Assembly (NCBI GenBank): GCA_040905565.1
Contig: JBBDRF010000083.1
Coordinates: forward strand, 8,277 to 72,276
Source: Phycisphaeraceae bacterium
GTDB taxonomy: Bacteria > Planctomycetota > Phycisphaerae > Phycisphaerales > Zrk34
DNA: 64,000 nt
Direction: 5' to 3'
The translations under genes and the position numbers were made by a program. The notes beneath the pieces are model-generated. The model was not told where the DNA came from. It worked only from the letters and a program-made list of their open reading frames with translations, and searched no databases. Position 1 is the first letter of the stretch. Every line of letters begins with the position of its first letter. Positions 57,086 to 64,000 of this stretch are shown here, in pieces.

Positions 57086-57895
57086 TTAGAACCGACGGAG
57101 GTTGGCGACCACCTGGAGCGACTGGTCGGCTGCCTGGATGGTCTGACTGTTCATTTCAAACGCCCGCTGCGCTTTGATGAGCGACACCAGCTCACGCACG
57201 GGATCGACGTTGGAGCTTTCCACGAACCCCTGCTGCAACGTGCCGAGCCCGGCTTCACCGGGAACGGCTTCGATGGGCGGGCCGGCCGCTTCGGTCTCGA
57301 CGAAGATGTTGCCGCCGATTGAGCGGAGGCCGTTGGGGTTGATAAAGTTGGTCAGTTCGATCTGCCCGACTTCATTGGGCTGGGGATCGTTGGGAAGCGT
57401 GGCGAAGACGCGGCCGTCGGCGGTGATGTCGACCGAGGTCGTGCCTTCGGGGATGTTCACGTTGGGCACGAGGCGGGGGCCATCGGAGTTGCCGAGCACC
57501 ATGTCGCCTTCGTTGTTAACGAAGAAGTTGCCCGCCCGGGTATAGCCGATGCCGTTGCCGATTTCCTGAAGAATATCGACGGCGAAGAATCCGTCGCCGC
57601 TGACCATGACGTCGAGCTGGCGACCGCTTTCAATGGCGGAGCCCTGGGTGAAGTCGCGGTCGGTATTGGAGACGCGAACGCCGAGGCCGACGTTGATGCC
57701 GGCGGGACGGTTGTCACCGTTGGCGTTTTCGACGCCCGGCTGGCGCTTCTCCTGGTAGAGCAGATCTTCGAAATTGACGCGACTGCCTTTGAACGCCGTG
57801 GTGTTCACGTTCGCAAGGTTGTTCGAGATCACATCGATCTGCGTAGAGAGGGCGCTGAGGCCTGTCGAAGCTGAATGCAGTGCGATAACTGCCAT
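57086..57895 (-). CDS. flgG: Distal rod protein FlgG
   Basis: ISNNLANVNTTAFK..RVNFEDLLYQ, YTRAGNF, ESSNVDPVRELV.LI.AQRAFEMNS. Confidence 0.95.
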   Translation of the reverse strand: MAVIALHSASTGLSALSTQIDVISNNLANVNTTAFKGSRVNFEDLLYQEKRQPGVENANGDNRPAGINVGLGVRVSNTDRDFTQGSAIESGRQLDVMVSGDGFFAVDILQEIGNGIGYTRAGNFFVNNEGDMVLGNSDGPRLVPNVNIPEGTTSVDITADGRVFATLPNDPQPNEVGQIELTNFINPNGLRSIGGNIFVETEAAGPPIEAVPGEAGLGTLQQGFVESSNVDPVRELVSLIKAQRAFEMNSQTIQAADQSLQVVANLRRF

Positions 57896-57959
57896 TGCGT
57901 GAATCCTTCACTTGGTTCCGCCGGGCCTCCTGCCCAGGCGTTCCGTCTTCGAACGATCG

Positions 57960-58733
57960 TTACGCCACTCGGCCGAGCACGTTGACTGCCCGGTCCATCA
58001 ACTGGTCGTGATACTGGAGCATGGTGCCGTGGTGGTTGATTGCCCGGCTGGACTCGATCATCGCGAGCATCTCCTTGACGGGATCAACGTTGGACTGTTC
58101 GATGAATCCCTGCCTTACGAGGCCCGGGGCAGGTTGTGCGTTATCAAGCTGATCGGGGTCGATGGCGTAAAGGCCCTGACCACGAGGCGTGAGCGAGAGA
58201 GGGTCTTCCACGTGGACGAGCCTCAGCTGGCCGACTTCGGCGCCGCCCTGGGAGACGACGCCGTATTCGTTGACCTCGACGCCGAGCGTGGGATCAAGTG
58301 CGATCGGTTCGCCCTGGGCGTCCATCAACGGAAGCTCACCGACGCTGGTGGCAAGGTTGCCGTTGGCGTTGATCTTCAGGCGGCCGTCCCGAGTGAGGCG
58401 TTCGGCGACTTCGCCGTTGCGCTGCTCCGCGACGACGAAGAAGCCTTCGCCCTGCATCGCGAGGTCGAGCGGTGCGTTGGTCTCCTTCAGCGGGCCGGGC
58501 GAGAGGTCGGGGCGGGAAGCGCCGACCCATGTTGAGCCGCCGAGGCGGTCCATCATCTGATTGGACAGATCGAACTGGCCGGACGCAGCCGACTCGGGCT
58601 GACGCTGAAGCAGCGAGACGAGGTCGCGTTTGAAGCCGGCCGTTTCGACGTTGGCGAGATTGTTCGAGGTGACGTCCTGGCGGTGCATGTTCGTGAGCAT
58701 GCCGGATGCGGAGAGGTACAGGCCGTAGTTCAT
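57960..58733 (-). CDS. flgF: Proximal rod protein FlgF
   Basis: MNYGLY.SASGM, NNLANVETAGFKRD, LTRDG, EQSNVDPVKEM; precedes flgG. Confidence 0.88.
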   Translation of the reverse strand: MNYGLYLSASGMLTNMHRQDVTSNNLANVETAGFKRDLVSLLQRQPESAASGQFDLSNQMMDRLGGSTWVGASRPDLSPGPLKETNAPLDLAMQGEGFFVVAEQRNGEVAERLTRDGRLKINANGNLATSVGELPLMDAQGEPIALDPTLGVEVNEYGVVSQGGAEVGQLRLVHVEDPLSLTPRGQGLYAIDPDQLDNAQPAPGLVRQGFIEQSNVDPVKEMLAMIESSRAINHHGTMLQYHDQLMDRAVNVLGRVA

Positions 58734-58960
58734 CGTCCTACCTCCGCGGGTGTGCGTGTTGTTTGATTGGCGGCGAGTTCGGCTTCGAGATCCGCCACGG
58801 TGCGGAAGACGGGAACCCACTGCTCAGCAGCCGGGGTGGACGCAGGCAGGACGGGCGGTGCGAGGTGATCGCAGGCAGCCTGTCGCGCAAGACGGACGAT
58901 CATCGAGCCGAGGCTCGCGTCGTCGTCATGGTCGATCAGTCGTGTCCAGTTGCGATCCAT
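58730..58960 (-). CDS. Small hypothetical protein (76 aa) heading the flagellar operon
   Basis: GGAGG SD before ATG 58960; stop overlaps the flgF start (ATGA). Confidence 0.5.
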   Translation of the reverse strand: MDRNWTRLIDHDDDASLGSMIVRLARQAACDHLAPPVLPASTPAAEQWVPVFRTVADLEAELAANQTTRTPAEVGR

Positions 58961-59281
58961 CACGTGCCTCCATGCACTCAGGACCCTTGGCCGATGGTTC
59001 CGCTCCAATGCGGAAACGCGTCGCCCTCTCCTTCGCAACACCGATGCCGCGGGCGTGCCAGGATGGAGGATTTGCACGTAAGTGCTCGTCGTCGCAACGA
59101 GTTGCCGACCACACCGCAACAACCGTACCGACGGCGATTTCGGCGCGGGGGCGCAATTACTGCCCACCGATCGGCGGAAGCTGCGCGTGCGGGTTTGCAG
59201 GGTTGAAGGCGCGCGTGAAACGGCAAGCGCCCGAAGGATCGTGGGCGGGCCCTGCCTCCCAGTGTGGCGTTGGCTTTGAGC

Positions 59282-59310
59282 GGACCGCTTCCTTACGGGC
59301 GCGGCTCATT
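59282..59310. repeat. Intergenic copy of the REP-like element found at the gspJ 5' end
   Basis: GGACCGCTTCCTTACGGGCGCGGCTCATT; 26/29 to the reverse complement of 36671-36699. Confidence 0.7.
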
Positions 59311-59329
59311 TGCACGGCACCCGCGCGGT

Positions 59330-59797
59330 TCAGCGGCGGTTGGCGGAGAAGGTGATGGACATGGGGCCGTCGCGGAATTCCAATTGCCGTTCCGTAATCG
59401 TCAGCGTCTTCGGCTTCGCCGTCTGGCCGGTGCGGAGCACGCTGAGCGGAGCCTCTTTGTCGACTTGCTCGGGGGTGGTCGGGCCGACGGCTCCGGGGGT
59501 GAGGGTCAAGTGATCGCCTTCGCGGCTCCACTGCCCCTTCTCTGTCCCCGCGAGCGTCATGATACTCGGCTGAAGAATCAGGAACTCATAGCTGCCGTCG
59601 GGGTGAAGCTCGAGTTGAGCTTCGACATCGGCTGAGCCACGGCTGGCGCGGAAGTCGCCAGCGCCGAGCCACGCGCCCTCAAGCGTCGGCGGTGGGGAAG
59701 TGGCTTCGCCGCAGGCGTTGAGGGACAAGGCGAGGGTGATGAGCAGAACCGTCCGGACGGGCGGGAGTAGGTATCGGATCGTGATGCTCCTTCGCAT
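59330..59797 (-). CDS. Hypothetical lipoprotein (lipocalin-like beta-barrel)
   Basis: Lipobox LSLNA|C; LEGAW, LHPDGSY, GQWSREGDHLTL. Confidence 0.7.
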   Translation of the reverse strand: MRRSITIRYLLPPVRTVLLITLALSLNACGEATSPPPTLEGAWLGAGDFRASRGSADVEAQLELHPDGSYEFLILQPSIMTLAGTEKGQWSREGDHLTLTPGAVGPTTPEQVDKEAPLSVLRTGQTAKPKTLTITERQLEFRDGPMSITFSANRR

Positions 59798-59822
59798 TCG
59801 TTTCAGTTCAGGTGCGGAAACG

Positions 59823-62708
59823 TTACCAGTGCAAGCGACGGCGACGCAGCAGCGCAGCCGCACCGAGTGCAAGCAGGGTGAGTGAGGTCGGTTCGGGGAC
59901 GACGGTGCCGAGCACTTTGAGTTCGCCTAGCGTTTCGAATTCGCTCACATCCCATGCGAGACCGGGGCTGAGGTCGGGCAGCTGGAGGGTGTAGATGGCG
60001 ATGAAGTCGGCGAAGTCGAGCACGTTGAAGACGTCGCCGGCCACGGGATCGTAGTTAAGCAGCTGGACGTCGATGATGCCTCGGACGGTGAGGGTGTCGG
60101 TGACGATCAGGCGGTCGTACTGCCAGTCGCTGGGGCCGCCGAGTTCGAGCATGAGCAGGGAGAGCGAGCGTGCGTCCCCGATGACGCGAGCATGGCCGAT
60201 GCCGTCTTCGATGATGAGCGTGCCGTGTGCGTCGAGATCGACGTTGAGGTCGGCCCCGTCCCTGAGCGTCAGGATGCCGGTGAGGTGACTGGCGAGCGTG
60301 CCGGTGCCTTGGAAGACAGCGCCGGCGTCGATGACGGTATCGCGGCGGAGGTTGAGATCGTCGTCAATCGTGTTGAGCGACGCGAGGGTGAAGCGGGCGT
60401 TGGCGTCGATGTTGGCGGGGGCCTGGAGGACCTGCAGCATGCCTCCGAACGTCTGGTGGGCATCGGCGCGGAGGGTGCCGCCAGCCATGGTGATGGTGCT
60501 ATTGGCTTTGAAGTTCATGTCGAAGTCGGCGATGAACAGTTCGTGCGTCTGCGCGATGCTGACGCCGCCGTTGAAGCCGTCGGGCTCGGGCTCGCCCTCC
60601 CCGCTGAGGTGCAGGTCGCCGGCGAGTGCGTGGAGTTGGCCGAGTCCGCTGGAGCCGTCCCAGTCATTGAAGACGTTGGCGACGATGAGGGTGCCGTTCT
60701 CCGCAGCAAGTTTGCTTTCGTTTTTCACCTTAGCGATGACGGAGCCGTGGCCGACGATGCCGCCGGGGCCGTCGTTGTTGATGTCGGCACCTCGGAGGAT
60801 GCCGCCACGCAGTTCGACGAGATCGGTGACGCTGGTGTTCCATGCCTGAAAGACGTCGAGGATGGCGTCGGGGCTGTTGGTGCCGAGCGTGCCCATGTCG
60901 AGGATGGTGCTGGAGAGTTGGAGCAGCCCGCCGTCGGCCCGAAGTTCGGCACTGCCGATGAAAGCAACGGGCGCCTGGATAAGGCCGTGGCCGAAGAGGG
61001 CTTTGCCGCTGGCGGCTTGCAGTTCGCCGGGGCCGAGGATGGTGCCGAGGGAGAGGGTGTTGTACTCGGCGATGGAGCCGCCGTTGAGGCGGAGGACGGC
61101 GTCGGCATTGAGGAGGATGAACGCGTTGTCCAGATCGATGCGCGCGTTGAAGAGCGTGTTGCCGTTGACGGTGGTGTTGCCGCGGAGGTGGACGTCGGAG
61201 CCCTCGAGGCTGACGCTGATGAGTGCATCGCCGGGGCCGTTGATGGTGATGTCGCCGAAGGAGGACCAGCGGTCGGCGAAGCCGTCGGGGGTGAGGTTGA
61301 CGGTGAGTTTGCCGCCGTTGAAGCCGAAGGAGTTGATCACGAAGTCGGCGTCGGTGTGTTTTGAGCCGCCGTTGTCGTATTGGTGCTGCAGGCTGAGGGC
61401 GTTGATGGTGAGGGCGCGGTCGAGGGTCCAGGTGCTATCGAAGTGGTTCATGGCGAAGATGTCAGCGTTGATGGTGGTGACGCCTGTGACGTGGGCGTCG
61501 CCCCAGTTGCCGACATGGCCGTTGAAGTTGACGGTGCCGCTCCAGGTGGTGTCGCCGTGGAAGCGGACCTGCCCGTTGGCCGCGGAGATGGTGGGCGTAT
61601 TGAAGGTGCCGCCGTTGACGTGGGTGGGGCCGTCGAACTGGAGCCAGCCGCCCTGGCTGAGGTCGAACGTGCCGCCGTTGATGGTGGTGGTTCCGGTGAA
61701 GTTGAGTTGTTCGTCTGTGTAGAGATTAATCTGTGCGCCGGAGGCGACGGTGGCGTCGGACTGAATGCGTGCGTAGGTGTTGTCGCCGCCGAAGGGCCCC
61801 ACGCGGACGTTGCCTTTGATGGTCACGTGCTCCCCGGCGAGTCGTGCGAAGTTCCCGTTGCCGGGGTGGAAATCGAGTTGGCCTGCGACGCCGAGCGTCC
61901 AGCCTTCGTCGAGGTTCATGTTCAGGACGTTTCCGCCGCTGATGGAGATGGTGCCGTCGAAGTCGTCGGTGAGTCCGGTGCCGATGAAGTTGATGGCGCG
62001 CTGTTCGCCGGGGTTGCTGGTGAACAGATTGATGTGGCCGTTGCCGGTGGTACCGTCGAGGTCGAACAGGCCGCCGAAGTCGGCCTGGAAGACGAGGGGC
62101 GTGTTGGGGTTCTGCGAACCGTGGCGGATTTCGCCGTTGTTCACGAGAACTTCGCCGGAATCGTAGAAGGCGATGGTGCCGTCGCCGACGACGTAGGACG
62201 TGGAGGCGATGGTGAGTTTTTCGCCGATCTGAACGCGGCCGTCGTCTTCGACCCACAGCTGACCATGGTCGGAGAGGATCAGGTTGTTCGTCGCGAAGCG
62301 ATGGAAGAAGTTGCCGTCGGTTCTCACGAAGAGGGTGGAGGGGCGGAGGATGGTCGGGTTCTGCTGGATTTGGTTTCGGCCGCTGATGTGCGTGTCGGTG
62401 GTCACGTCGATGAAGCCGTCGTTGAGGCGGAGCCACATGGCGTCGGTGATGTCGAGCGAATAGATGCTCGTGCCCTGGTCGTCGAAGCCGCCGCCGGGCG
62501 TGAGCGTCACGATCGAGTTTTGGACGCCGTTGAGGTTGCCGATTTCCACAGCGCTCGAATCGGGCACGCCCACGGGCGACCAGTTCGCCGGATCGAACCA
62601 GTCACCGTCGCCGGCATTCCACGAAACGGCAAAAGCGGCGGGCGAGCACCACAGCAAACAGGCCAGCGCAGCAACCAAAGCAAGGCGACGGGGGGGATCG
62701 GCGTACAT
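59823..62708 (-). CDS. PEP-CTERM surface protein with G/N/T-rich beta-solenoid-like repeats
   Basis: Signal peptide, WNAGDGDWFDPANWSP.GVP, C-terminal VPEPTSLTLLALGAAALLRRRR. Confidence 0.9.
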   Translation of the reverse strand: MYADPPRRLALVAALACLLWCSPAAFAVSWNAGDGDWFDPANWSPVGVPDSSAVEIGNLNGVQNSIVTLTPGGGFDDQGTSIYSLDITDAMWLRLNDGFIDVTTDTHISGRNQIQQNPTILRPSTLFVRTDGNFFHRFATNNLILSDHGQLWVEDDGRVQIGEKLTIASTSYVVGDGTIAFYDSGEVLVNNGEIRHGSQNPNTPLVFQADFGGLFDLDGTTGNGHINLFTSNPGEQRAINFIGTGLTDDFDGTISISGGNVLNMNLDEGWTLGVAGQLDFHPGNGNFARLAGEHVTIKGNVRVGPFGGDNTYARIQSDATVASGAQINLYTDEQLNFTGTTTINGGTFDLSQGGWLQFDGPTHVNGGTFNTPTISAANGQVRFHGDTTWSGTVNFNGHVGNWGDAHVTGVTTINADIFAMNHFDSTWTLDRALTINALSLQHQYDNGGSKHTDADFVINSFGFNGGKLTVNLTPDGFADRWSSFGDITINGPGDALISVSLEGSDVHLRGNTTVNGNTLFNARIDLDNAFILLNADAVLRLNGGSIAEYNTLSLGTILGPGELQAASGKALFGHGLIQAPVAFIGSAELRADGGLLQLSSTILDMGTLGTNSPDAILDVFQAWNTSVTDLVELRGGILRGADINNDGPGGIVGHGSVIAKVKNESKLAAENGTLIVANVFNDWDGSSGLGQLHALAGDLHLSGEGEPEPDGFNGGVSIAQTHELFIADFDMNFKANSTITMAGGTLRADAHQTFGGMLQVLQAPANIDANARFTLASLNTIDDDLNLRRDTVIDAGAVFQGTGTLASHLTGILTLRDGADLNVDLDAHGTLIIEDGIGHARVIGDARSLSLLMLELGGPSDWQYDRLIVTDTLTVRGIIDVQLLNYDPVAGDVFNVLDFADFIAIYTLQLPDLSPGLAWDVSEFETLGELKVLGTVVPEPTSLTLLALGAAALLRRRRLHW

Positions 62709-62880
62709 GTATCTCTTCCTTTACTGGCGACCAATCGCGTCACAACATCGGCTCGCGATGGCCAGGGGAACTTAAGATATACCACCCCCAGCGACCGATG
62801 CCGATGGCCTAAACAGGCCAATTTCTCTAGCGACGCCTAAGCTGAACCGATAAACTCGCCGTTGCAATCCTCTGGAGATC

Positions 62881-63690
62881 ATGCGTATGGGGCGATCACA
62901 ACGTCTTCGGCTGGGCGATGTTCGAGCAGTGCATCAACTGATCGGGCAATGCTCGGAGTTGTGGAGTGATGCCCATGCGTGGCGCGAACATCTGGTGCAG
63001 GGCCTGCGCACGCTGGTCAACGGCCGCACCGGATTCATGGTCCTCAGCGACGGCGACCCGATGACCGTCTGTTGCGGCACGCCGTTGATCGCCTGCGGCT
63101 GGGACACCGGCGAAGACGAAGCACGCTTCCGCGATTCGCTTGCCGTCCCGCTCGGTGAGATCGTGCCCGAAGCTGAGCCTGTGTTTGCGGATCTGGAGAC
63201 CCGCCGCTTCATCTCCGTCTCGATCCACGAACTGGTGTCGGTCGAAAGGTGGCATCGGTCGGAAGGTTATAACCGCTACCATAGGCCCTCAAATACCGAC
63301 GGGCTGGTCGCTTCGGCTCGGGTGAGCGGGCCCGGTCGGGTTGAGTTTCTCGGGGCGTGTCGCGCGGTGGGGGAAGCGCCGTTTGGCCGCCGGGAGCTGA
63401 AGATCAACGCCCTGTTGCATCGCGAAGTGGCGGGATTGATCGGCACACGGCTGGCGACGGAACAGCAGTTGGGGCGGCACGGCCTGTCGCCACGGCTGCG
63501 GATGATTCTGGATTACCTGCTCGATGGACTGACTGAAAAGCAGATCGCACAACTACTGCACCGCTCCCCCGCCACCGTCCACCGCCATGTCACCATGCTG
63601 TATCGGCATTTCAATGTCACCAGCCGGGGCGAACTGCTGAGCTACTTCGTCCACCGCAAGCCGCGCGACGGTGTTGCGATGAACCCATGA
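62881..63690 (+). CDS. LuxR-family HTH transcriptional regulator with an N-terminal sensory-like domain
   Basis: LSPRLRMILDYLLDGLTEKQIAQLL..SPATVHRHV..LYRHFNVTSRGEL. Confidence 0.88.
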   Translation: MRMGRSQRLRLGDVRAVHQLIGQCSELWSDAHAWREHLVQGLRTLVNGRTGFMVLSDGDPMTVCCGTPLIACGWDTGEDEARFRDSLAVPLGEIVPEAEPVFADLETRRFISVSIHELVSVERWHRSEGYNRYHRPSNTDGLVASARVSGPGRVEFLGACRAVGEAPFGRRELKINALLHREVAGLIGTRLATEQQLGRHGLSPRLRMILDYLLDGLTEKQIAQLLHRSPATVHRHVTMLYRHFNVTSRGELLSYFVHRKPRDGVAMNP

Positions 63691-63923
63691 AAAACCAGCC
63701 GCGGATGAGTCCCATGGAGGCAGGCTCGGGAATCGCGATACTGCTGACGCTGGCAAACTGAATTCTCGAGACGCTTTGATCAATTCTCGTGCCTCTACCG
63801 TGGTCGATGTCCAGCAGAAGTTTGTATTCGGGGATAGAGGTTCGCGCGGAGGGGTTGCTCGGCCGACGAATCGTGCTACGCTTGGGTTTGGACACTCAAA
63901 GCCTGCCAGACAGGCGGCCGAAC

Positions 63924-63997
<74 letters not shown>

Positions 63998-64000
63998 TTG

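Noticed and set aside
59165..59200. Sigma28 promoter for the flagellar operon (GCCGATCG on the minus strand)
   Set aside because: No properly spaced TAAA-like -35, and GCCGAT is common in GC-rich DNA.

Overview
GC-rich bacterial window, most likely Planctomycetota (planctomycete cytochrome c/PSD1 + DUF1501 pair, DUF1080, PEP-CTERM). Phycisphaerae is an inference. Left to right: a partial AMMECR1-like/helical-barrel gene, xseA, rpsT and tRNA-Gln(CTG); a ~37.5-kb run of minus-strand genes made of a type II secretion-like operon (gspE-F-G-H-I-J-K-L-M/C-D plus a lipoprotein) followed by a MoxR AAA+/DUF58/vWA/ABC operon and a secreted beta-propeller; a plus-strand PSD1-DUF1501-DUF1080 block; a minus-strand flagellar operon (flgF-G-A-H-I-J-N-K-L-fliW-csrA-fliC); a lipoprotein; a PEP-CTERM protein with a divergent LuxR-type regulator; and tRNA-Arg(CCT). 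The standout is a 4277-aa secretin. By hand count it has about 46 tandem Secretin_N (N1-N3-type) domains where canonical GspD has three, and a perfect 396-bp in-frame duplication suggests the array grew recently. Other signals: repeated GGA-loop hairpins (CsrA-type sites) in five flagellar leaders; REP-like palindromes inside the cleavable leaders of pseudopilins GspJ and GspK; and a C-rich to G-rich skew inversion at about 42.8-43.3 kb. All family calls come from motif recognition by eye; no searches were run.
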